In this document: piece by piece, positions 1-8,834 of the stretch
How the letters are laid out: each line of letters begins with the position of its first letter
How positions within the stretch are numbered: position 1 is the first letter of the stretch
Assembly: GCA_020349685.1 (NCBI GenBank)
Contig: CP070698.1
Coordinates: 476,040-491,483, forward strand
Source of the DNA: a bacterium
GTDB lineage: Bacteria > BMS3Abin14
Direction: 5' to 3'
Length of the DNA stretch: 15,444 bases
Program-made: the position numbers and the translations under genes
The notes under the pieces: model-generated
What the model saw: only the letters and a program-made list of their open reading frames with translations
Told to the model about the DNA's origin: nothing
The model's database searches: none

Positions 1-175
1 CACCGATCACCGATCACCGATCACCGATCACCGATCACCGATCACCCATCACCGATCACCGATCACCGATCACCGATCACCGATCACCGATCACGAATCA
101 CGAATCACGGATCTCGGATCACGAATCACAGATCTCGGATCACGGATCACGAATCACCGATCACGAATCACGGAC
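1..175. repeat. Heptamer tandem array, 25 units (CACCGAT, degenerating to CACGAAT/CACGGAT/CTCGGAT), truncated by the window edge
   Basis: Exact 7-nt phase from 1 to 175. Twelve of the first 13 units are CACCGAT and the later units are variants. The array ends 3 nt before the aspS SD (AAGGAG, 179-184). Confidence 0.97.
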
Positions 176-190
176 CCTAAGGAGCTGCCC

Positions 191-1990
191 TTGGAAACCA
201 TCATAAAACTCGATCCACTGGGGGACTGGAAGCGCACGCATCACTGTAACGCTCTGACCGAGAAGAATATCGGCGAGAAGGTCCTCCTCATGGGCTGGGT
301 CCTTCGCCGGCGAGACCATGGCGGCCTTATCTTCGTGGACCTGAGGGACCGTTGGGGGCTGACCCAGGTCGTATTCAACCCTGAAAACGATGCAGCGTCC
401 CACAGCAGAGCCGAGGGTCTGCGATCCGAGCATGTCATCGCGGTCAAGGGTGAGGTTATTCCGCGGCCGGAAGGTATGGAGAACCTGGATCTTGCCACCG
501 GCAGGATCGAGGTGATGGTCAACGAACTGAAGGTGCTCAACGACAGCCTGACACCGCCTTTCAGCCTCGATGAGAGGGAAGGAGTTGAGGTGGCGGAGAA
601 CGTGAGGCTGAAATACCGCTATCTGGACCTGCGCAGGGAAACCCTTCGCAACAACATGGTCCTCAGGTCCCGGGTCAGTAAAAGAGTCCGTGATTTCTTC
701 TACGGGGAAGATTTCCTGGAGATCGAGACCCCGTTCCTGACCAAGAGCACGCCGGAAGGTGCGCGGGACTACCTGGTACCCAGCAGGGTTCATAATGGAC
801 TCATGTACGCCCTTCCCCAGTCACCGCAGCTGTTCAAGCAGCTTCTCATGGTATCGGGGTACGACCGCTATTTTCAGATCGTGCACTGTTTCAGGGATGA
901 GGACCTGAGGGCAGACCGCCAGCCGGAATTTACCCAGATCGATGTCGAGATGTCCTTCATCGCGGAGGATACCCTGTTCGAAGTGATGGAGCGGATGATC
1001 GCAGACCTTTTCGAATTCGCCCTGGGTGTCGAAATTCCCATACCATTCCCGAGGCTTGGGTACGCGGAGGTCATGGACAGGTTCGGCGTGGACCGGCCGG
1101 ACACCCGTTTTGGAATGGAGCTGCTGGACCTTACCGGACTCCTGGGAAAGACGGAGGCAAGGGTCTTTGCAGACACGGTAAAGGGTGGCGGCATCATCAA
1201 GGCCTTTAACGTCAAGGGCGGGTCGGAGATGTCACGCAAGGAGCTCGACGAGCTGACGGACCACGCAGCCATATATGGCGCCAAAGGGCTCGCATGGTTC
1301 AAGTGCAACCCGGAGGGCTGGCAGTCGCCCCTGGCCAAATTCATCGCAGAGGAGATCCGGCATGAGGTCCAGGGCCTGGCATCCTTCGAACCCGGCGATC
1401 TGCTGCTCGTCATCGCGGGCGAGGCATCCATGGTCAACGAATCCCTTGGACAGCTCAGGCTGCACGTTGCCCAGAGGATGGACCTCATTCCCGAAGACAG
1501 GTTCGATTTCCTCTGGGTGGTCGATTTTCCGCTCTTCGAGTACGACGCCGAGGAGGGAAGGTATTATTCCATGCACCACCCCTTCACTTCGCCGAAGGAG
1601 GAGGATCTCGCCCTGCTCGAGAGCGATCCCGGCAGGGTCCGCGCCAGGGCTTATGACGTGGTCCTCAACGGGTCGGAGATCGGGGGCGGGAGTATCCGTA
1701 TCCACAGCAAGGACGTCCAGAGCCAGATCTTTCAACTGCTCAACATAGGACCGGAAGAAGCAAGGGAGAAGTTCGGGTTCCTTCTGGACGCACTCCAGTA
1801 TGGCGCGCCTCCTCACGGCGGTATCGCCTTCGGTCTGGACAGGATCATGATGCTCCTTACCGGGGCCGGTTCCATCAGAGACGTCATCCCCTTTCCAAAA
1901 ACCCAGAAGGCAACCTGCCTCCTCACGGAGGCGCCCAGTCCGGTGGATCCCGCCCAGCTCGCCGAGCTGGGACTTAGATTGCGCAAGTAG
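191..1990 (+). CDS. aspS: Aspartate--tRNA ligase, bacterial type with GAD insert, probably non-discriminating (Asp/Asn)
   Basis: N-terminal OB fold (GWVLRRRDHGGLIFVDLRD), STPEGARDYLVPSR, motif 2 FRDEDLRADRQPEFTQID, motif 3 GAPPHGGIAFGLDR. TTG start 6 nt after AAGGAG. Confidence 0.98.
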   Translation: METIIKLDPLGDWKRTHHCNALTEKNIGEKVLLMGWVLRRRDHGGLIFVDLRDRWGLTQVVFNPENDAASHSRAEGLRSEHVIAVKGEVIPRPEGMENLDLATGRIEVMVNELKVLNDSLTPPFSLDEREGVEVAENVRLKYRYLDLRRETLRNNMVLRSRVSKRVRDFFYGEDFLEIETPFLTKSTPEGARDYLVPSRVHNGLMYALPQSPQLFKQLLMVSGYDRYFQIVHCFRDEDLRADRQPEFTQIDVEMSFIAEDTLFEVMERMIADLFEFALGVEIPIPFPRLGYAEVMDRFGVDRPDTRFGMELLDLTGLLGKTEARVFADTVKGGGIIKAFNVKGGSEMSRKELDELTDHAAIYGAKGLAWFKCNPEGWQSPLAKFIAEEIRHEVQGLASFEPGDLLLVIAGEASMVNESLGQLRLHVAQRMDLIPEDRFDFLWVVDFPLFEYDAEEGRYYSMHHPFTSPKEEDLALLESDPGRVRARAYDVVLNGSEIGGGSIRIHSKDVQSQIFQLLNIGPEEAREKFGFLLDALQYGAPPHGGIAFGLDRIMMLLTGAGSIRDVIPFPKTQKATCLLTEAPSPVDPAQLAELGLRLRK

Positions 1991-2206
1991 CTTCGGATGA
2001 GCCTGGCAGAGGGGTGTGCCTGGGCACGTGGGAGAAGCTCGCAACAGATAAAACAGGATCGGTCAGTATCAAGCGGAATTTTGAATTAAGAAGGGATCTT
2101 CTGCGTTCAGCGTTCCCGACGCAGTCACAGTTTTTCAAGCGGTCAACGATTTACTTTTTTCATTTGTTTTTCCTTTCACTAATCACCGTTTTTCCCCGAA
2201 AATTCC

Positions 2207-2241
2207 TTGACAGTTCGAAAAGTGGGCTATATAGGTATACT
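2207..2241 (+). promoter_or_regulatory. Putative sigma70 promoter for the mdh leader or sRNA
   Basis: Perfect TTGACA at 2207-2212 with AT-rich sequence upstream. TATAGG at 2230-2235 lies at 17-nt spacing (imperfect -10); TATACT at 2236-2241 is nearby. Confidence 0.55.
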
Positions 2242-2259
2242 GTATATTGTATACCAATT
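2234..2259. promoter_or_regulatory. Palindromic operator GGTATAC-N8-GTATACC, GntR/FadR-like
   Basis: 2234-2240 and 2249-2255 are perfect inverted copies. Three GTATAY units occur at 7-nt period. It overlaps the predicted -10/+1 region. Confidence 0.55.
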
Positions 2260-2270
2260 ATATGCATGCA

Positions 2271-2379
2271 TTCAGTGTCAGGCCTCAGCCGACCTGGTTC
2301 AGCGACACCCCCCTCCGCTGAGTCAGACGGGAAGGCCGGTTTGAAGGGGGTTCGACGGCGACGTCGTCCCCCTTTTTTT
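2271..2379 (+). ncRNA. Candidate structured sRNA or leader (attenuator) RNA upstream of mdh
   Basis: Hairpin 2281-2337: an 11-bp core (2294-2304/2316-2326) with two G-U pairs, plus CCG/CGG and GGCCT/AGGCC extensions, closing the loop ACACCCCCCTC. It is followed by a terminator. I do not recognise a known family. Confidence 0.5.
2344..2379 (+). terminator. Intrinsic terminator in the aspS-mdh spacer
   Basis: AAGGGGG-tt-CGACG-(GCGA)-CGTCG-t-CCCCC followed by T7; the loop is a GNRA tetraloop. Confidence 0.8.
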
Positions 2380-2460
2380 GGATTTAAGGGCCCGGTGGCG
2401 GATTCTTACGGGGATGTTTAAGGGGCTTTTATTCAGGAATATCCACGCAGTCAAGGGATC

Positions 2461-2547
2461 GTTCGGCAATCAGCAATCAGTCATCGATAGCCTGTTCGGG
2501 AACACCCCGTACACTGGCTGATTGCAGATCACGGATCACTGCTGAAC
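2461..2547. repeat. Short inverted heptamer arrays upstream of mdh
   Basis: Left units CGGCAAT CAGCAAT CAGTCAT (2464-2484); right units GGCTGAT TGCAGAT CACGGAT CACTGCT (2516-2543). 2473-2483 pairs with 2515-2525 (11 bp, one G-U). Confidence 0.65.
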
Positions 2548-2581
2548 CGGGATAAACGGTTCAACAACAAAGGGGGCTTAA

Positions 2582-3520
<939 letters not shown>

Positions 3521-3550
3521 TGGAAATCTTGAGTTTCTGTTCGCTCATCC

Positions 3551-3630
3551 AGGGAGGGAGACCACCGGCAGGCCCGGTGGCTGCCTCCCTTTCCCTTTTA
3601 TCAGGACGTCAGCCCGCCTGATCCTTTTTT
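3551..3630 (+). terminator. Tandem hairpins after mdh, a possible partial terminator
   Basis: AGGGAGG..CCACCGG/CCGGTGG..CCTCCCT (3551-3590), then ATCAGG/CCTGAT (3600-3622) followed by T6. Confidence 0.55.
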
Positions 3631-3675
3631 GACAAATTTGAGGCGGAGAAGGGTAGTACCCTGAAAGGGTTGCGT

Positions 3676-4515
3676 ATGAGAGAGATCACAGCTGGGGAGA
3701 TAACACGAGCTGTCAAGGAAATGGCCATGAGCGCCGCCTATCACCTGGGAGAGGATGTGGTCAACGCTCTCGAAAAGGGGCTTGAGATGGAGACGTCGCC
3801 GGCAGGGCAGGACGTGCTGAAGCAGCTGCTCGAGAATGCGCAGATCGCGGACGAAGGCAAATTTCCCATGTGCCAGGACACGGGTTTTGCCGTTATCTTC
3901 GTCGAGCTTGGACAGGACGTGCATGTAACGGGGGGAGATCTCAACGAGGCCATCAACGAGGGTGTCCGGCAGGGATATGAGGAAGCGTACCTTCGCAAGA
4001 GCGTCTGTCACCCCTTTACCCGCAAGAACACGGGCGATAATACTCCGGCCATCATCCACGTGAAGGTCGTGCCTGGCGATCGTCTGAAACTTACCCTGGC
4101 GGGTAAAGGGGGCGGCAGCGAAAATATGAGCCGGGTGATGATGCTCAAACCTTCCGACGGCAAGGACGGGATCATCGAATACGTTGTTCAGCGGGTTAAG
4201 GAGTCCGGGCCCAATCCGTGCCCGCCTATCGTTGTCGGTGTCGGCATTGGCGGCACCTTTGAAAGGGCTGCCCTGCTTGCCAAGGAGGCCCTGCTCAGGC
4301 ACATCGGAGAGCCTAATCCCGATGCCGAACTGGCCGAGATGGAAAGGACCATTCTCGAGAGGGTCAACAAGCTCGGTATAGGGCCGGCCGGGCTGGGTGG
4401 ACGTACCACCGCTCTGGGCGTCCATGTCGAGATGCAACCGTGCCACATAGCCAGCCTTCCCGTGGCCGTTAACATCAACTGTCATGCCCACAGGCACAAG
4501 GAATTTATTATTTAG
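3676..4515 (+). CDS. fumA: Class I (Fe-S) fumarate hydratase, two-subunit type, alpha subunit
   Basis: PMCQDTG, KGGGSEN, NPCPP, GIGPAGLGG and INCHAHRH motifs of the FumA-N/TtdA family. ATG 3676 (MREI) is preferred over TTG 3670 because of AAAGGG at 3664-3669. TCA context favours fumarase over tartrate dehydratase. Confidence 0.9.
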   Translation: MREITAGEITRAVKEMAMSAAYHLGEDVVNALEKGLEMETSPAGQDVLKQLLENAQIADEGKFPMCQDTGFAVIFVELGQDVHVTGGDLNEAINEGVRQGYEEAYLRKSVCHPFTRKNTGDNTPAIIHVKVVPGDRLKLTLAGKGGGSENMSRVMMLKPSDGKDGIIEYVVQRVKESGPNPCPPIVVGVGIGGTFERAALLAKEALLRHIGEPNPDAELAEMERTILERVNKLGIGPAGLGGRTTALGVHVEMQPCHIASLPVAVNINCHAHRHKEFII

Positions 4516-4554
4516 GAGTCAGCCTGGGAATCTGGCTCCACCTAAATAATAAAT
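4503..4554. other. Long inverted repeat overlapping the fumarase-alpha stop codon
   Basis: ATTTATTATTTAGG (4503-4516) and CCTAAATAATAAAT (4541-4554) form a perfect 14-bp pair, with an inner AGTCAG/CTGGCT stem. Confidence 0.8.
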
Positions 4555-4611
4555 ATAAAGGAGAGCAAAGGCTTACCGTACGAAAAAGGTTTGAATTCTT
4601 TGATCTTTTAT

Positions 4612-4639
4612 ATTTTTTTCAGCACCAGCTGAAAAAAAT
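4612..4639. promoter_or_regulatory. Perfect 12-bp palindrome abutting the fumarase-beta SD
   Basis: ATTTTTTTCAGC-ACCA-GCTGAAAAAAAT; the SD AGGAGG is at 4641-4646. Confidence 0.55.
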
Positions 4640-4652
4640 CAGGAGGTGAAAC

Positions 4653-5210
4653 GTGTCCGATCCTGTTGTATTGACCCCTCCACTTACAGATGAGGATGTG
4701 ATGGATCTGCGGGCGGGGGATCGTGTTCTCATTACGGGAACGATGCTCACGGGACGGGACGCCGCCCACAAGAGACTTGTCGATCTCATCCAGAAGGGCG
4801 AAAAACTGCCGGTTGACCTGAAGGGTCAGATCATCTATTTCGTGGGACCGACACCCACAAGGCCGGGTGAGGCCATAGGGTCGGCCGGGCCGACCACAAG
4901 CTACCGCATGGACGCCTATTCCCCTATCCTCATCGAGAGGGGGCTCAAGGGAATGATCGGGAAGGGATCCAGGTCCAGGGAGGTTGTGGAGGCCATGGTC
5001 AGGCACAAGGCGGTTTATTTCGCTGCTGTCGGCGGCGCGGCGGCCCTCATCTCCAGACGGATCCTTTCCTCCGAGATCCTCGCTTACGAAGATCTCGGAC
5101 CGGAGGCGATCCGGAGGCTTCAGGTCAAGGATTTCCCCGTTATCGTTGTCAACGACACCGAGGGGAACGATCTTTACGAGCAAGGTGTGAAGGAGTACGC
5201 CATCGGCTGA
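4653..5210 (+). CDS. fumB: Class I fumarate hydratase, two-subunit type, beta subunit
   Basis: TGRDAAHKRL, AGPTTSYRMD, MIGKG, GGAAAL and DLGPEAI motifs (FumA-C/TtdB family). GTG start with SD AGGAGG. Confidence 0.9.
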   Translation: MSDPVVLTPPLTDEDVMDLRAGDRVLITGTMLTGRDAAHKRLVDLIQKGEKLPVDLKGQIIYFVGPTPTRPGEAIGSAGPTTSYRMDAYSPILIERGLKGMIGKGSRSREVVEAMVRHKAVYFAAVGGAAALISRRILSSEILAYEDLGPEAIRRLQVKDFPVIVVNDTEGNDLYEQGVKEYAIG

Positions 5211-5223
5211 AACCCTGCCGATA

Positions 5224-5368
5224 GCGTAGAGTCTAGTGTCTAGAGTCTAGTGTCTAGGGATGTGTGGAAAAGCCTATTACCAGACGCTGGAAATTGAATT
5301 ATGTGTGTTTAGAATCTGGGGTTTAGTGACATAAACTAGACGCCAGAACCAGACACCAGAAACTGCAC
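5224..5368. repeat. Inverted heptamer arrays (GTCTAGW family) filling the fumB-sucC spacer
   Basis: GCGTAGA GTCTAGT GTCTAGA GTCTAGT GTCTAGG (5224-5258); ACCAGAC GCTGGAA (5279-5292); GTTTAGA ATCTGGG GTTTAGT (5307-5327); ACTAGAC GCCAGA ACCAGAC ACCAGAA ACTGCAC (5335-5368). Confidence 0.8.
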
Positions 5369-5384
5369 TACTGGAGGTTTCTTC

Positions 5385-6551
5385 ATGAAAATCCACGAAT
5401 ACCAGGCCAAGGATCTGCTCAGGGAGTTTGGCATCCCGACGACAGAGGGTGGTGTGGCCAAAACAGCAAAGGACGCGGCAAAGATCGCTGAAAAACTTGG
5501 CGGTAAGGTGGTCGTCAAGGCCCAGATCCACGCCGGCGGAAGAGGTAAGGGCGGTGGGGTCAAAGTTGTGAACGGATCTGCTGAAGCCGAAGCAGCCGCA
5601 GCGGCCATGCTGGGCAAACCCCTCATCACGTATCAGACGGGACCGGAAGGGCAGATCGTGGGGAAGGTTCTTGTGGAGGGAGCCGTTGGCATCGCTCAGG
5701 AACTCTATCTGGGGATGGTTGTGGATAGGGCCAGCGAGAGAGTGGCGTTCATGGCCAGCACCGAGGGCGGTGTGGAGATAGAAAAGGTGGCGGCCGAAAC
5801 ACCGGAAAAGATCCTCAAGGAGTTCGCCGACCCGGGCCTGGGGCTGATGCCTTACCAGGCGCGAAACCTGGCTTACGGGCTGGGCCTCGAGGGAAAAACA
5901 GCTTCGGCAGCGGCCTCTTTCATCATGAAACTGTACAGGCTTTTCGTGGAAAAGGACTGTTCTCTTGCCGAGATCAACCCCCTTATCATAACCGATGGGG
6001 GAGATGTCATGGCCCTGGACGCGAAACTGAACTTCGACGACAACGCTCTTTACAGACACCCTGAACTGACCGAGCTCAGGGACCTCACCGAGGAGAACCC
6101 CTCGGAGGTGAAAGCATCTGAATACGGCCTTTCCTACATAAAACTTGACGGGGCTGTGGGGTGCATGGTCAACGGCGCGGGTCTTGCCATGGCCACCATG
6201 GACATCATCAAGCTCGCAGGGGGTGAGCCGGCAAATTTCCTGGATGTCGGTGGCGGGGCCAACGAGGAGTCGGTGACGAACGCATTCAAGATCATCCTCG
6301 CCGACGAGAACGTCAAGGCGGTTCTTGTTAACATTTTCGGCGGGATCGTGCGCTGTGATGTCGTGGCCCAGGGTGTTGTTGCCGCGGCGAAGAACGTGGA
6401 CCTCAAGGTCCCCGTGGTGGTCCGCCTGGAGGGTACGAATGCCGACGCCGGCTTGAAGCTCATCGAGGAATCGGGCCTTAACTTCCAGACGGCCAAAGGA
6501 CTGAAAGCTGCCGCTGAAAAAGCCGTCGCTGCCGCGGGAGGTGTGAAATGA
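5385..6551 (+). CDS. sucC: Succinate--CoA ligase beta subunit
   Basis: [58 protein letters not shown]; 388 aa; SD GGAGG. Confidence 0.98.
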   Translation: MKIHEYQAKDLLREFGIPTTEGGVAKTAKDAAKIAEKLGGKVVVKAQIHAGGRGKGGGVKVVNGSAEAEAAAAAMLGKPLITYQTGPEGQIVGKVLVEGAVGIAQELYLGMVVDRASERVAFMASTEGGVEIEKVAAETPEKILKEFADPGLGLMPYQARNLAYGLGLEGKTASAAASFIMKLYRLFVEKDCSLAEINPLIITDGGDVMALDAKLNFDDNALYRHPELTELRDLTEENPSEVKASEYGLSYIKLDGAVGCMVNGAGLAMATMDIIKLAGGEPANFLDVGGGANEESVTNAFKIILADENVKAVLVNIFGGIVRCDVVAQGVVAAAKNVDLKVPVVVRLEGTNADAGLKLIEESGLNFQTAKGLKAAAEKAVAAAGGVK

Positions 6552-7420
6552 GCATCCTGGTCAACAAGGACACCCGGATCGTGGTTCAGGGCATCACGGG
6601 ACGCGAGGGGACCTTCCATACGAGGCAGTGCGTCCAGTACGGTTCCAACGTCGTGGCCGGCGTGACGCCCGGCAAGGGCGGGCAGGACATGGACGGCATC
6701 CCCGTCTTCAATACGGTGGCCGAGGCAGTCCGGGAGAGGGATGCCAACGCCTCCCTCATCTTCGTCCCACCGGCCTTTTGCGGGGACGCCGTTCTGGAGG
6801 CCACCGAGGCTGGAGTGGACCTGGTCATCTGCATTACCGAGGGGATCCCAACCCTTGACATGGTCAAGGCGAAAGAAGCCATCCGGTACCATAATGTCCG
6901 GCTCGTCGGGCCCAATTGCCCGGGCGTCATCACCCCGGGTGAGTGCAAGATGGGCATCATGCCGGGCTTCATCCACAAGCCGGGTGATGTGGGTGTCATC
7001 TCCCGGAGCGGGACCCTCACCTATGAGGCCGTCGCCCAGTTGACGGAACTGGGGATCGGGCAGAGCACCTGTATCGGAATCGGCGGCGATCCGGTGATCG
7101 GGAGCACCTTTATCGACCTCCTGAGGCTTTTCAACGGCGATCCCGATACGGCTGCCGTCGTGATGATCGGAGAGATCGGCGGCAGCGCCGAGGAGGAGGC
7201 GGCGGCCTACATCAAGGAGGAGATGACAAAACCTGTTGTGTCCTTCATAGCGGGTCAGACCGCTCCTCCAGGCAAGAGGATGGGTCACGCTGGTGCCATC
7301 ATTGCCGGCGGCAAGGGTACGGCGGCGGAAAAAATAAAGGCCCTCGAGGATGCCGGTGTCACAGTCAGCCACAGTCCCGCGGAGATCGGAGTTAAGATCG
7401 CGCAGGTGCTGGGAAGATAA
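6548..7420 (+). CDS. sucD: Succinate--CoA ligase alpha subunit
   Basis: [26 protein letters not shown] and the phospho-His motif RMGHAGA. ATGA overlap with sucC. Confidence 0.98.
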   Translation: MSILVNKDTRIVVQGITGREGTFHTRQCVQYGSNVVAGVTPGKGGQDMDGIPVFNTVAEAVRERDANASLIFVPPAFCGDAVLEATEAGVDLVICITEGIPTLDMVKAKEAIRYHNVRLVGPNCPGVITPGECKMGIMPGFIHKPGDVGVISRSGTLTYEAVAQLTELGIGQSTCIGIGGDPVIGSTFIDLLRLFNGDPDTAAVVMIGEIGGSAEEEAAAYIKEEMTKPVVSFIAGQTAPPGKRMGHAGAIIAGGKGTAAEKIKALEDAGVTVSHSPAEIGVKIAQVLGR

Positions 7421-7446
7421 CAGGGTCAGGTAACCGGAGGTTTTTT

Positions 7447-7701
7447 ATGAGCACTGTACAGGCCCGCAAGGAGGAGACAGTTGTCTCCGAAAAGGAAGGA
7501 CGGAAGATCACCGTCATCCCGCGTTACTGCAAGGGGTGCGAGATATGCGTAGCACTGTGTCCTAAATCGGTGCTGGAGATCAGGGAATTCAAGGTCTACG
7601 TAGCCCGTATCGAGGACTGCAACGAGTGTCTGCTCTGTGAGATCAGGTGCCCGGATTTCGCCATCGAGGTGGAAGGCAAAGGCAAGAAGGGAAAAAGCTG
7701 A
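7447..7701 (+). CDS. korD: 2-oxoglutarate:ferredoxin oxidoreductase delta subunit (2x[4Fe-4S] ferredoxin-like)
   Basis: CKGCEICVALCP and CNECLLCEIRCPDFAI; SD GGAGG; its stop overlaps the korA ATG. Confidence 0.9.
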   Translation: MSTVQARKEETVVSEKEGRKITVIPRYCKGCEICVALCPKSVLEIREFKVYVARIEDCNECLLCEIRCPDFAIEVEGKGKKGKS

Positions 7702-8834
7702 TGAGTGGGAAAGAGGTTTTCTACCAGGGAAACGAAGCCTGCGCCGAGGGCGCGCTTTATGCCGGGTGCCGTTTTTTCGGCGGATATCCCATAACGCCCT
7801 CCACGGAGGTCGCCGAGTTCCTGTCACGGCGCCTCCCCAGGGTGGGCGGAGCCTTCATCCAGATGGAGGATGAGATCGCGGCCATGGCCTCTATCATAGG
7901 GGCCTCCCTCGTGGGCAAGAAGAGCCTTACGGCTACGAGCGGGCCCGGCATGTCGCTGAAGCTGGAAAATATCGGTTTTGCCTGCATCACCGAGGTGCCC
8001 TGTGTCATCGTCAATGTCATGCGTGGCGGTCCCAGCACCGGTCTTCCCACCGGTCCCGGGCAATCGGATGTCATGCAGGCCAAGTGGGGGACCCACGGCG
8101 ATCATCCGGCCATCGCCCTCGCGCCTGCTTCTGTGCAGGAGATCTTCAATGAGACCGTGAGGGCTTTCAATATCTCCGAACGGCTGCGCACTCCGGTGAT
8201 CCTCCTGACGGATGAGATCATCGGGCACATGAGGGAAAAGATAACCATACCGGAAAAGGGGGAGCTGGAGATCTGGGACAGGCCGAGACCGGACTGCCCA
8301 CCCGAGGAGTACCTTCCCTACGACACGAGCAAAGGTATTATCCCTCCCATGGCGGATTTCGGATCCGGGTACCGATGGCATGTCACCGGCCTCAACCACG
8401 ACGCGTCCGGCTTCCCGACCAACAAACCCTCCCTGGTCCAGCCGGAGGAAGAGCGGCTTATGGCCAAGGTGACCGAGAACCTGGACATCATTGAGAAGTA
8501 CGAACATTTGACCAAAGACGGTGCGAAGGTCGGTATCGTGGCCTACGGTTCCAGCGCCAGGTCCGCCAACGCTGCGATCAGGCTGGCCCTGGAGGAGGGG
8601 ATACCGGTGGATTTCATCCGGCCCATCACCCTCTGGCCCTACCCGTCCCAACCTACTATCGAGATGGCCGAAAAGGTCGACACCATCGTTGTCCCCGAGA
8701 TGAACCTGGGACAGATGATCGACGAGGTGCAGCGGTGCATTGAGGGACGGGCCAAGGTTGTGGGCGTCAACAGGGTGGACGGCGATCCCATCACGCCCGA
8801 AAATATTCTCGAAAAGATCAGGGAGGTGGCGTAA
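7701..8834 (+). CDS. korA: 2-oxoglutarate:ferredoxin oxidoreductase alpha subunit
   Basis: GNEA, GYPITPSTE, QMEDEIA, TATSGPG, RGGPSTGLPT. The start is more likely ATG 7701 (TGATG coupling to korD) than 7647. Confidence 0.93.
   Translation: MSGKEVFYQGNEACAEGALYAGCRFFGGYPITPSTEVAEFLSRRLPRVGGAFIQMEDEIAAMASIIGASLVGKKSLTATSGPGMSLKLENIGFACITEVPCVIVNVMRGGPSTGLPTGPGQSDVMQAKWGTHGDHPAIALAPASVQEIFNETVRAFNISERLRTPVILLTDEIIGHMREKITIPEKGELEIWDRPRPDCPPEEYLPYDTSKGIIPPMADFGSGYRWHVTGLNHDASGFPTNKPSLVQPEEERLMAKVTENLDIIEKYEHLTKDGAKVGIVAYGSSARSANAAIRLALEEGIPVDFIRPITLWPYPSQPTIEMAEKVDTIVVPEMNLGQMIDEVQRCIEGRAKVVGVNRVDGDPITPENILEKIREVA

Noticed and set aside
1-175. CRISPR array
   Set aside because: Contiguous 7-nt units with no unique spacers, and no cas genes in the window.
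2-190. Repeat-encoded N-terminal extension of AspS (TDHRSPI-type repeats; the frame is open to the window edge)
   Set aside because: The unit simply lacks plus-strand stops. A good SD precedes TTG 191 and AspRS-like sequence begins there.
2101-2135. aspS terminator (CTGCGT/ACGCAG)
   Set aside because: Short stem, large loop and a displaced U-tract; too weak to call.
2271-2379. Assignment as 6S RNA, SRP RNA, cobalamin or c-di-GMP-I riboswitch
   Set aside because: GTCAG and GGGAAGG fragments are reminiscent, but the order and conserved cores do not fit by eye. A covariance-model search is needed.
2014-2421. 135-aa ORF in the aspS-mdh spacer
   Set aside because: No recognisable domain, atypical composition, and it runs across promoter, operator and terminator signals.
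3676-5210. L-tartrate dehydratase TtdAB
   Set aside because: Same family, but the position between mdh and sucCD makes fumarase far more likely. Not excluded biochemically.
7647-7700. N-terminal extension of KorA
   Set aside because: It overlaps korD; ATG 7701 is coupled to the korD stop and family-like sequence starts there.
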